Of a stretch of DNA of 64,000 nucleotides, positions 20,042 to 29,028 are shown in pieces (the stretch's first letter is position 1; every line of letters begins with the position of its first letter). A program made the position numbers and the translations under genes. This stretch comes from Cyanobacteria bacterium auto_48_18 (GTDB lineage Bacteria > Cyanobacteriota > Vampirovibrionia > Obscuribacterales > Obscuribacteraceae): positions 32,001 to 96,000 of the forward strand of contig JAVHQC010000035.1 of assembly GCA_036170915.1 (NCBI GenBank), written 5' to 3'. The notes under the pieces were generated by a model. That model saw only the letters and a list, made by a program, of their open reading frames with translations, was not told the origin of the DNA and did no database searches.

Positions 20042-20286
20042 TTGAATCTGTGGTCCTCGCTTGGAAAGTTACAGAAAAGCAACGAAAACAAATTTACTTC
20101 ACATTACCTATAAAGCTCAAGCCATTGAAAGACGCAGCTTTTACAGGCATTTTGATGTTGTATGTACTGAAGATATAGTCCCTTAGCGTTTCTTTAGTTG
20201 CCAAGGCTGAGTGATGCACCTACAGTGAACTGCATCACCTCAACAATTTCTTCATTATTCAAACCGACCCCTTAAAGGAAACAGCA

Positions 20287-20616
20287 ATGAACTTTGACCC
20301 CGCCTCATTCGAGCATATCGACTTTGACCTCTGCCGAAATGTCAGCGCTCAAATACATTCCATTGAATCTGCTATCGAAAACACAGTGGTTGAAAATATC
20401 GTCGCCGGCAGCGGCGGGCCCGAAAACAATGAAACCACAGACGCAGGCTTGCGTTTCGTGCGTCACCTACTGGTCAATTCAAGATCTATGCGCTTTGGTT
20501 TCATGCCAAATTTGAAAGACATGCAGCACATTCGTCAAATCGCTCAAGAATACATTCGTGGCTGTGGCAACGGCCCGCTTGCCCTTGAAACCATGTATCA
20601 AGTAATGCAGCCTTAA
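20287..20616 (+). CDS. hypothetical protein
   Basis: 109-aa ORF with AAGGA RBS, convergent with the next gene. Confidence 0.6.
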   Translation: MNFDPASFEHIDFDLCRNVSAQIHSIESAIENTVVENIVAGSGGPENNETTDAGLRFVRHLLVNSRSMRFGFMPNLKDMQHIRQIAQEYIRGCGNGPLALETMYQVMQP

Positions 20617-20634
20617 AAAGTACTTCGCACCAAA

Positions 20635-21165
20635 TTACTTTGCAGTTGGATGAGCAATCAATTGTTCAAGAGCGCTCTGATACTGCAAAGGCTCCATGTA
20701 GCCGCTTAAGCGACCAATGAATTTTCCTTGCGTATCAAACACCAGAGAGCATGGAAAACCGTGAACATTGTATTTGCTGGCGGCATCGCGCGATTCTTTT
20801 GAACCTTCAGCGTTGACTTTAACGCAGACAAATTTGCTCTTCAGATATTTGACCATTTGCGCGTCGGCAAAAGTGTCTTTGTCTAATTTTTTGCACCAAC
20901 CGCACCAGTCTGTATAGACGTCGGCTAAAACATACTTGTTTTTGGCTTTGGCTTCCGTCAAACCTTCGCTCAAGCTATTTTTCCAGCCGAGGCCACCTGC
21001 GGCTGCAGCCGAGAAATGGCCACCACCGCTGTAAGTTCCAGGATAGAACACCATTGAACTGACCACACCGGCTGCCAGTGCTACTGAGCTGACAACAAGA
21101 AGAACAGAGCGGGCGACTAAACTTTTTGAACGTTTCATGGTCTTTCCTTTGAAAACTTGTGACAT
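20635..21165 (-). CDS. exported thioredoxin-family protein
   Basis: YTDWCGWCKKLD, GFP cis-Pro motif, N-terminal hydrophobic anchor. Confidence 0.9.
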   Translation of the reverse strand: MSQVFKGKTMKRSKSLVARSVLLVVSSVALAAGVVSSMVFYPGTYSGGGHFSAAAAGGLGWKNSLSEGLTEAKAKNKYVLADVYTDWCGWCKKLDKDTFADAQMVKYLKSKFVCVKVNAEGSKESRDAASKYNVHGFPCSLVFDTQGKFIGRLSGYMEPLQYQSALEQLIAHPTAK

Positions 21166-21245
21166 GGCTCATTTAACTCTCGACGCTTACTGACTGTGTT
21201 TGTTTCCGGACAAATCCTGCTTACAGATTTTCTTGAGGTTTTTCT

Positions 21246-23258
21246 TTAATCAGTTAAGTCCAGTACTTCGGACTTGACCACTTTTAGGGGCGGGAAACCG
21301 CACTTTAAGAATTTATCGTGAAAATCTAGAAGACTGAACTTGTCGCCCATTTTAGCTTTGTATTGATCGCGCATAGCTAAAATCTTTAGTTTGCCCAGGG
21401 TGTAAACCAAATAAGTGGGGTCTTTGGTGCCCCGCTTGGTTTCACGCTCAGCATTGGCTTTTTCCATAAAACCTTCCTTCTCAAAGAACTTTATACCTTG
21501 ATCGTAAGTCATGCTGCGAGTATGCATTTCAATGCCGACTATATATCTACAAGCACGCAAGAGGGCATCATGCACTTGAATCATGGCCAATTTTTTCTGG
21601 GCTATGGTGTCACCCGGCGAAAGTGCTGCCCCAAGACCTTCTTCAATCATCATTTCTTCGCAATAGTGAGCCCAGCCTTCAGCATTGGAAGAACAACCCA
21701 AAAGCTTGCGCACCTTAGATGGTGCATGTTTGACCCACAAGAATTGCACGTAATGACCTGGATAAGCCTCATGCACACTGGTATTGATTAAATCGGGATA
21801 ACTGAAGAAACGCATGTGCTCTTCAATGTGTTTTTTATCCCATTCAGGCTCAATTGGAGTCACATAATAGAAAGCCTCTTTTGCCTTATCTTCATAAGGG
21901 CCAGGAGTATCCATGGAGGCGAAGGTTAGAGCGCGCATGAAAGACGGACTTTCAGCCACGGTCACTCTATCTGTTGAGGGAATGGTTGCAATTTTTTTGT
22001 CCACCACAAATTTCGAGATGCGATCGAGCACATCGGCAGTGGCGGGCACTATTTTATCGGGGCTAGGGTGATCACTGGCAATGTTATCAAAACACTCTCG
22101 CACGCTGACTTTGGGATCGATTTCATGAGCCAGTTCTCTAAAGCGCGCCTGTAGCCTTTTTAATTCCTTATAGCCATTAGCAAGAATGACATCAAGTTTT
22201 TCGTCTTCCATTTCGTCATATCTAAGCTTCTTGGCATAAGCATCGGCACCAATTGGGAAAGTGCCTTTTGCATTTGGCACTACTTTTTCTTTGATGAAAG
22301 TCTGATAGTCGATAAGGGCCGCAATGAGCTTTTCATTGGCTTTAGTGAAACGTTCTTTTAAAGCCGGATCTGCATCTTTAAAAGCGTCTGGAATAGTTTT
22401 CTTGAATAAATCAATGGTGCCGGGCAATTGTTCGAGGGCAATTTGGCAGTAAATCGGCGGCACTTTATTTGGTATCAAGTTCGCTTTGCCCGCTTCGAGC
22501 ACTGATGGAGCTTTCTCAATGCGCGCGATTGCTGAGGCGAACCGTTCATTGACAGGGGCGAAATTGCGCTTGGCCAGCGCGAAGACGCTATCGGCAATCA
22601 GAGAAGGATATTTGTCGGGATCGCGTTCAAAGGAGCGGAGTTGCTGGAGATCCAAAAGATTGGCTGAGATATTGGCCTGGATCATGGAGAGATCGAGGCG
22701 CTGGGCACGAGGCAATCTGTCGAATCGCGAATCTCGAAACAATCCTTGAAAACGAACCAAGTCTGCTTCGAATCGATTCAAAGCCACTGGTGATAAATTC
22801 TCCAGCTGACTGTCATATTTATGAAAGCCCGCTTGAGTGCCCCAAGAAGGGCTGTTGGCAAAAGCGGAAGAGAAATATTCTTCAACTAGACTCTCGTAGA
22901 TAAGAACTAGATGACTAACTTCAATCAATGGTAGTCGGTTCGGGCGAAGACTTGAATTGCGTTCCAGTCGGTGACGCAGGGCAGGTTCTTCCAGTAAATT
23001 TACTGCACCTGTTGGACCAGCCGGGACATCTGGGGGCATATGGTCAGGCGGATGCTTTCTGTGTACATCAACCCAGGGAGCCTCGGCATTCTTTGAGCCG
23101 TCGAGCTTAATCACTTGCACTTGGGCACTGGCATCCTGGCAAAGTTGCGACGAAAGCAAAACCAGCAACATCAGACTGGCAACTTTGACTATGTAATTTT
23201 CAAAATTTACCTCCGGAGGTAAAGTTTGAGACCGACGCTTCAATGACATAAAAGACAC
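21246..23258 (-). CDS. DUF885-family protein (putative metallopeptidase); start may be downstream
   Basis: HEAYPGHYVQ, AEGWAHYCE, PTYLVYTLGKLKI, FHDKFL..G.PPL. Confidence 0.9.
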   Translation of the reverse strand: MSFMSLKRRSQTLPPEVNFENYIVKVASLMLLVLLSSQLCQDASAQVQVIKLDGSKNAEAPWVDVHRKHPPDHMPPDVPAGPTGAVNLLEEPALRHRLERNSSLRPNRLPLIEVSHLVLIYESLVEEYFSSAFANSPSWGTQAGFHKYDSQLENLSPVALNRFEADLVRFQGLFRDSRFDRLPRAQRLDLSMIQANISANLLDLQQLRSFERDPDKYPSLIADSVFALAKRNFAPVNERFASAIARIEKAPSVLEAGKANLIPNKVPPIYCQIALEQLPGTIDLFKKTIPDAFKDADPALKERFTKANEKLIAALIDYQTFIKEKVVPNAKGTFPIGADAYAKKLRYDEMEDEKLDVILANGYKELKRLQARFRELAHEIDPKVSVRECFDNIASDHPSPDKIVPATADVLDRISKFVVDKKIATIPSTDRVTVAESPSFMRALTFASMDTPGPYEDKAKEAFYYVTPIEPEWDKKHIEEHMRFFSYPDLINTSVHEAYPGHYVQFLWVKHAPSKVRKLLGCSSNAEGWAHYCEEMMIEEGLGAALSPGDTIAQKKLAMIQVHDALLRACRYIVGIEMHTRSMTYDQGIKFFEKEGFMEKANAERETKRGTKDPTYLVYTLGKLKILAMRDQYKAKMGDKFSLLDFHDKFLKCGFPPLKVVKSEVLDLTD

Positions 23259-23480
23259 TTGCTTTTCCTAATTTGCTTAAGTGAACTAAGCATAATCTGT
23301 CGCAAGGCAGATTTACACATAAAGAAACAATTGAGAATGTTCAAGGGCAGGAAATAAAGAGTCAAACTACCCTGATATAAAGAGCTTTTCGTTAAGTAGG
23401 AGCTATCTCTTATTAACAATTGGGGAAGACGCTGCCATATGTAGGTAGAATCTTTGAGTTAAGGATACCCAGAAGGTTTT

Positions 23481-24320
23481 ATGTCAGCCGGTTTAAACAT
23501 TTACGTCTTGGTCAAACAGGTACCAGATACCGGTTCAAAAGCTGGTCTCAACCCTGACGGAACCATTGATAGAGCAAAAGCCAAGCGCATGCTCAACCCC
23601 TTTGATCGCTTTGCCTTGCAAGCAGCCTTGCATGCCAAGCGCACATATGGCGGAAAAGTCACAGCCATTTCCATGGGACCACCCCCAGCGGTAGAGATTC
23701 TCCTGGAAACCCTGGAGCATGGGGTGGATGAAGCTTACTTGCTTTCTGACAGAAGGCTCGCAGCTTCCGACACACTGGCAACGGCATACGCTCTTTATAA
23801 GGTTTTGAATCACATCGGCAAACCCGATTTGATTTTCTGCGGTTTGCAAACCACTGACGGTGATACTGCGCAAGTTGGCCCACAACTAGCTGAACGCCTC
23901 GGTCTACCGCAAGTCACCTACTGCGAAGACTTTCATATGGAAGATGGCAAAGTGCACGCTCGCCGCATTATTGAAGGCGGTTATCAAAAGGTTGTAGCGG
24001 ATACACCACTCTTGATCACTGTAGCCAATTCATATCATCCACTTGAATATAAATCTTTCAGAGGCGCATATAAAGTAAGAAGATTGGCCCGCGATCAAGA
24101 AGAGATGAAAAAATATATTCACACTATCGATCTTGATCTGGTCGGTGCCGATCCTGATCGCACTGGGTTGAAGGGTTCACCTACAATCGTCGCCTGGACA
24201 GAGAAAGTGGGTGAATTGGGTGGAAATTGTACGATGCATGAAGGCCATTCCACTCAGGAACTGGTGCATGACGTCATAACCGCAAGCGCAGTCAACCAAT
24301 TTTTGCTGGCAAAGTCCTAG
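23481..24320 (+). CDS. etfB: electron transfer flavoprotein beta subunit (FixA-like)
   Basis: KQVPDT, NPFD..A, SMGPP, SDTLAT, DGDTAQVGP, GLKGSPT. Confidence 0.95.
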   Translation: MSAGLNIYVLVKQVPDTGSKAGLNPDGTIDRAKAKRMLNPFDRFALQAALHAKRTYGGKVTAISMGPPPAVEILLETLEHGVDEAYLLSDRRLAASDTLATAYALYKVLNHIGKPDLIFCGLQTTDGDTAQVGPQLAERLGLPQVTYCEDFHMEDGKVHARRIIEGGYQKVVADTPLLITVANSYHPLEYKSFRGAYKVRRLARDQEEMKKYIHTIDLDLVGADPDRTGLKGSPTIVAWTEKVGELGGNCTMHEGHSTQELVHDVITASAVNQFLLAKS

Positions 24321-24364
24321 AGTAAATAGAGTTCTGGTTCGAAGTTTAGATCAGAGATAAAAAA

Positions 24365-25474
24365 ATGAGTGAACAACCTGACGTTTCAGCCTTTTGTCCG
24401 AAAGGAGATGTGCTTGTCATAGCCGAGCAAATCTTAGGCGATCTGCAACCAGTAACTTTAGAGTTGCTTGGTGCCGGTCGACTTCTGGCTGACAAAATGG
24501 AACGTAATTTGAAGTGTCTGGTGCTTGGCTACAATCTGGGTGATATTCCGCAGAAGTTAATCGAAGCTGGCGCCGACGAAGTATTTGTTGCTGACGACAA
24601 AGAACTTTTTTCTTACCGTACTTTGCCCTATAGAAGGGTTGTCGTCGACTTCTTAGAGTCGCTGCCTGAGCCGCCTCACACATGTCTTTTAGGTTCGACC
24701 ACTACCGGGCGTGATCTGGCTCCAAGAATCTCTGCGCACTTCGAGACTGGTCTGACAGCCGATTGCACTGAGCTTGATATCGGCCCTTACGAGCACAAAA
24801 GTAAAGTCGACCCCACTAAAATTGGTCTCTATCCCAATTGTCTTTATGCCATTCGTCCAAGCTTTGGTGAAAGTTTAAAGGCAAGAATTCTTGGGCCCTG
24901 GAAAAATCCTCAAATGGCCACAACCAGGCCAGGGGTGATGACGCCGAACAAATATGAGCCCGGCCGTAGCGGCAAAGTTACGCCTGTTCCAGTTAAATTG
25001 CTACCAGATGACTATCGTTTGATTATTGCCGACACTGTGCGCGAAGTAGCCAAAGGCATCAAGCTGACTGAAGCCGATGTCATCATTGGTGGTGGCTATG
25101 GTTTAGGCAGTGCCGACGGTTTTGATTTGCTCAGACAACTGGCCGACGTCTTTGAAAATTCAGCTATTGGTGCTTCACGCAAAGTAGTTGACCTTGGCTG
25201 GATTCCTTACCAACACCAGGTTGGTCAAACCGGCAAAACAGTGCGACCAAAACTTTATATCGCTTGCGGAATTTCAGGGGCCATTCAACACCGCGTAGGT
25301 ATGTCGAAATCAGGATTGATTATTGCCATCAATAAAGATCCCGATTCTCCGATTTTCAAATTTGCTCATCACGGTATCGTCGGTGACATCTATCAGATCA
25401 TTCCTGAAATGATCAAACAGTTCGCGGAAATTCAGTCAGGACGGGGGGTCGAGGCAGTTGTCGGAACGCATTGA
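24365..25474 (+). CDS. etfA: electron transfer flavoprotein alpha subunit (FixB-like)
   Basis: GRDLAPR, GLTADCT, QVGQTGKTVRPKLYIACGISGAIQH, AINKD. Confidence 0.95.
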   Translation: MSEQPDVSAFCPKGDVLVIAEQILGDLQPVTLELLGAGRLLADKMERNLKCLVLGYNLGDIPQKLIEAGADEVFVADDKELFSYRTLPYRRVVVDFLESLPEPPHTCLLGSTTTGRDLAPRISAHFETGLTADCTELDIGPYEHKSKVDPTKIGLYPNCLYAIRPSFGESLKARILGPWKNPQMATTRPGVMTPNKYEPGRSGKVTPVPVKLLPDDYRLIIADTVREVAKGIKLTEADVIIGGGYGLGSADGFDLLRQLADVFENSAIGASRKVVDLGWIPYQHQVGQTGKTVRPKLYIACGISGAIQHRVGMSKSGLIIAINKDPDSPIFKFAHHGIVGDIYQIIPEMIKQFAEIQSGRGVEAVVGTH

Positions 25475-27176
25475 GTATGACCTACTTTTGGTCGGTGGTA
25501 GCCCATCAAACCTTACACTGGCATATCGTTTTCTTGAATTAGCCAAGGAAAGCGGTAAAGAATTTACTATTGCTATTCTTGAGAAAAGCAAAGACTTCGG
25601 TGCGCACATCTTAAGTGGTGCCGTCACTAATCCGCATGTGATTGAAAAAGTCTGGCCCAACTATAAAGAGATGGGTTTCCCTATTGAAGCTACTTGCACT
25701 GAGTCTAACTTTTCAGTGCTTGGAACAGAAAAGAAATGGGACATTCCTTCCAGCCTTTATCCAAAATCATTCGATAAAAAAGGCTATCTGGTTCTGACTT
25801 TGAGCTATGTAGTTAATTGGATGGCCAATCAACTACAAGAAAAAGCGAAAGAAGTTCCAAACGTCACCATCGATCTTTTCACAGGCTTTGCCGCTCACTC
25901 AGTAGTGTTTGAAGACGGCCGAGTGGTAGGCGTTTCTGTTACTGAAGAAGCCAAAACTGAAGAAGATTATGTCTACGGCAAGTTCACTTGTTTTGGCGAT
26001 AAAGGCTTCATTTCACGCGACGTTATTGATCATTTCAAGCTGCGTGATAATCCACAGATTTGGTCGGTGGGCGTCAAAGAAGTATGGCAATTGAACGAAA
26101 GTGCTGAAGGCAAAGTCTGGCACACTCTCGGTTGGCCACTTTTAGAAGGCACATTCGGCGGCGGATTTGTCTACGGTATGAAAGACAATAAACTGACTGT
26201 GGGTATGGTTATCAGCCTGGATAGCCAGGATCCGAACATGAACCCGCAGCAGAAATTGCAAGAGTACAAAAAACATCCATTTATTCAGAAACTAATTAAT
26301 GGCGGCAAGCTCTTGAAATATGGTGCTGCGCTATTACCTGAAGGCGGCTATTACAGCTTGCCGAAGAAATTCTACGTGCCTGGCGCTATCCTACTCGGGG
26401 ACGCTCTGGGAGTACTCGACGTCAAATATCTGGCCGGCATCGATCGGGCCATGGAATGCGGTTATGTGGGCGCTAAAGTTTTGCATGATGCATTAGTAGC
26501 CGGAGACACTTCTGAAGCTGCCCTGGCTCCGTATCAAAAAGAACTTGAAGATGGTTTCGTCATCAAAGAGTCGTACAAAAATCGTTATTTCCGCTGGGCA
26601 TTTATCGAAAATCCCAAGTTGCTCGGGCGCTATCTGCCTGATATGGCCAAGAGTATCGACAAAACCAATGCCTGGGTTGGCATGTTGAAAGTCGGATTTA
26701 AAAACCCTCTTGGTGCCACCAAGGACGGTGTGCGCTCACTATCATTGATTGAAGGCAAAATTGATATTGGCCCAATCAAATACGTGGAAGACTACAAGCA
26801 TATTATTCCAGCCTGGGTGCCGCCTAAATACGACGAGCCGCCTAATTTTGATAAGGCCACAATCTACTCGAGAGTAGACGCTGTTTTCTATGCTTCGACT
26901 AAGTATCACGAAGGCAATAACCACATTGATGAATTCAATGCCAATACCTGCGTGCGTTGCATCAGCACATATGAAGCCCTGGGAAAAACTACTCCTTGCG
27001 TAGCCGACTGCACGGCCGAAGTGCACAGAATTGATATTATCGACGATGTGCGCAAACACGGCATGTCGCTCGAAAACTGCGTACACTGCCGCACTTGCGA
27101 AATAGTTTGCCCTGAAGTCAATCTACGTGTTAAACCGAGTGCGCAAGGAAGCGGACCAGATTTCCTCGGTCTCTAA
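25458..27176 (+). CDS. ETF:quinone oxidoreductase with C-terminal Fe-S domain (FixC-FixX-like fusion)
   Basis: LEK..GAHILSGA, GVKEVW, HTLGWPL, PEGGYYSLP, NCVHCRTC; overlaps etfA. Confidence 0.88.
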   Translation: MSERIEYDLLLVGGSPSNLTLAYRFLELAKESGKEFTIAILEKSKDFGAHILSGAVTNPHVIEKVWPNYKEMGFPIEATCTESNFSVLGTEKKWDIPSSLYPKSFDKKGYLVLTLSYVVNWMANQLQEKAKEVPNVTIDLFTGFAAHSVVFEDGRVVGVSVTEEAKTEEDYVYGKFTCFGDKGFISRDVIDHFKLRDNPQIWSVGVKEVWQLNESAEGKVWHTLGWPLLEGTFGGGFVYGMKDNKLTVGMVISLDSQDPNMNPQQKLQEYKKHPFIQKLINGGKLLKYGAALLPEGGYYSLPKKFYVPGAILLGDALGVLDVKYLAGIDRAMECGYVGAKVLHDALVAGDTSEAALAPYQKELEDGFVIKESYKNRYFRWAFIENPKLLGRYLPDMAKSIDKTNAWVGMLKVGFKNPLGATKDGVRSLSLIEGKIDIGPIKYVEDYKHIIPAWVPPKYDEPPNFDKATIYSRVDAVFYASTKYHEGNNHIDEFNANTCVRCISTYEALGKTTPCVADCTAEVHRIDIIDDVRKHGMSLENCVHCRTCEIVCPEVNLRVKPSAQGSGPDFLGL

Positions 27177-27194
27177 CTTCTAATTGAAAGACAA

Positions 27195-27611
27195 TTATTC
27201 TTCCGGTTTCTCGGGAAGCACCACAGGGTTGCTATCTGGCTTAACCGCTGAGCTTGCCTCTGTTTGAATGCCGTAGTTGACCTCCACTCCTGGTGCCCGT
27301 TTGCCTTTGAGTGGGGGAAAATATTTAACAATCTTGTCGCCGCGACCGGCTCCAAATAGCAATCCTAGTGCAAACCACCCGGCCTGCCGTAGAGTGGTAA
27401 AACGATCAGGTACGTTAGACGCTGTAAACAAGTCACCGCCCATGAGAATAGCCGTCACCAGCGCCAAAGCACTACTGGCAACGATGGCCATGCGAATGGT
27501 CAAACCGGGCTTACCAAAATAGAGAATAAGAAGGCCGGTGACAAAGCCGGCTGCTGAAAGGCTGGCGTAGAATAACTTGATTGCGAAGATTGCAGATTCT
27601 GGTTCTGACAT
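27195..27611 (-). CDS. hypothetical membrane protein (~3 TM)
   Basis: Three hydrophobic segments. Confidence 0.7.
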   Translation of the reverse strand: MSEPESAIFAIKLFYASLSAAGFVTGLLILYFGKPGLTIRMAIVASSALALVTAILMGGDLFTASNVPDRFTTLRQAGWFALGLLFGAGRGDKIVKYFPPLKGKRAPGVEVNYGIQTEASSAVKPDSNPVVLPEKPEE

Positions 27612-27676
27612 AAGTTCAAAGTTACCACAGTGAGATTCTGGCAGGGTGCTTCTTTGTACCCAGAGTTCAGAGCAGT

Positions 27677-28267
27677 TTAGTTCTTCTGGGCAATAGCTTC
27701 GGCCAATAACTGAGTAAATTGTCCAACCCAGGTCTCAACATTTTCAAAATTTTTGCCGTAGTCGAAAACAACATTCTTAGAGCGCGGGCGGCTCAGGACT
27801 TTAACTTTCCAGTTATTCTCAGCCAGCGGAGTTAGCTCCACTTCCATTTCTTCACCGCTCGATCGCCAGCTCGGGCCACTAGCCGCTCTCGTAATCATAT
27901 GCTCAACATCATCAGAAACGCGCGTTACGTACGGCACCACAAGCAGTGCCTGACGGGCGGCATGCAAAACTTGCTTGCCCGTGCCAACAACATCAAGCTC
28001 GCGCATTTGCTCAAGCTCCCAAATTTGTCTATAACGCCCTTTGCTCAAAAAGACATGAGCACTTAAGTCTAAGGGCAAGAGCACTGCCACCATAAAGACA
28101 GCAAAGATACCACCAATGGTGAGCCCTGCCATCAGACCATAACGAAAGGCATTGGGTTTATCGGTATTGGTGAGAACAAAAATCATAATCAACAAACCAA
28201 TGCCGCCGCCGAACCCCAAAGAGCTCACCAACATGGCACGAAAAACCCTGAGTAAATACCTGGCCAT
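27677..28267 (-). CDS. hypothetical membrane protein (2 TM plus soluble domain)
   Basis: Two TM helices followed by an SWRSSGE..DYGKN domain. Confidence 0.75.
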   Translation of the reverse strand: MARYLLRVFRAMLVSSLGFGGGIGLLIMIFVLTNTDKPNAFRYGLMAGLTIGGIFAVFMVAVLLPLDLSAHVFLSKGRYRQIWELEQMRELDVVGTGKQVLHAARQALLVVPYVTRVSDDVEHMITRAASGPSWRSSGEEMEVELTPLAENNWKVKVLSRPRSKNVVFDYGKNFENVETWVGQFTQLLAEAIAQKN

Positions 28268-28270
28268 TGA

Positions 28271-28402
28271 TTATTGATCTTCTACTTCCGAGTCAGGCAC
28301 AACAGCATCTTGGCGCAAATACCAGCGAATAAAGCGGTAGATGATATAGCCTGGTGGCACCACCGCACTGAAGAACATGATTTTGTCCAACCAGTGCAGC
28401 AT
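28271..28402 (-). CDS. 43-aa single-pass membrane microprotein
   Basis: ATG at 28402 lies 4 nt after the upstream stop, with AAGG RBS; MLHWLDKIMFFSAVVPPGYIIYRFIRWYLR...; stop lies 3 nt before the next start. Confidence 0.6.
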   Translation of the reverse strand: MLHWLDKIMFFSAVVPPGYIIYRFIRWYLRQDAVVPDSEVEDQ

Positions 28403-28406
28403 ACCT

Positions 28407-28982
28407 TTATTCTTCTTCCGACAAAGCACAACTATCCTCCTCATCTGACAGTTTAAGACCGCCCTCAGCCGTGATGTCTTGCACATCTACCATCTCCGGC
28501 TCTAGCTCTTCTACGTGAATATCAATGTTCAATTTGTCGGCTGACAATGTGCTCAGCACTTCTTGCATCAGGTCTGCACCAACGTCGTCAATCAAATCTT
28601 GCTCCGCTTGTGCAGCTTGTTCAGCGTTAAGCTTCCCTGCTGCGGCCGCCAGTCGCGCTTGTAGTCTGTCGTTTTGCGTGCGCTTCGGATAAAGTCTTGC
28701 TCTACATTTAGTGCAAAAGCAGTAACTGTTTTCACCCAGATGACCAAAGTCACCAATTTTGAAACCGATAGGAAGATAGGCTTTAGTAGACACTAGACGT
28801 CTGTCGAGACCCTTCAGCTTGCGTTGATAAATGCGTACATACTCGTGCCGGCAGGCTGGTACGAGAGGTATATCAGGTGCTACCGGCACTTCAGGCGCTA
28901 CAGGCTTTTCAGACGGCACAAGCGCTTCAACAGGCTCGGCTGAATTAATTTGAGTATCTGGATTTTGTGGTTCTTCTTGCAT
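28407..28982 (-). CDS. hypothetical protein with putative CxH...CxxC zinc site and acidic tail
   Basis: ACRHEY...YCFCTKCR; D/E-rich C-terminus. Confidence 0.7.
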   Translation of the reverse strand: MQEEPQNPDTQINSAEPVEALVPSEKPVAPEVPVAPDIPLVPACRHEYVRIYQRKLKGLDRRLVSTKAYLPIGFKIGDFGHLGENSYCFCTKCRARLYPKRTQNDRLQARLAAAAGKLNAEQAAQAEQDLIDDVGADLMQEVLSTLSADKLNIDIHVEELEPEMVDVQDITAEGGLKLSDEEDSCALSEEE

Positions 28983-29028
28983 ACTGATTTTTTTCGTTTG
29001 AGTTCGGGCTAGCTAACTAGTGATTGGA

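Noticed and set aside
23481..27176. Evidence of nitrogen fixation from fix-like genes
   Set aside because: No nif genes in the window; Fix-like ETFs also occur in non-diazotrophs
28271..28486. 71-aa version of the small ORF
   Set aside because: It would overlap the upstream gene by 80 nt; ATG 28402 with an RBS fits better
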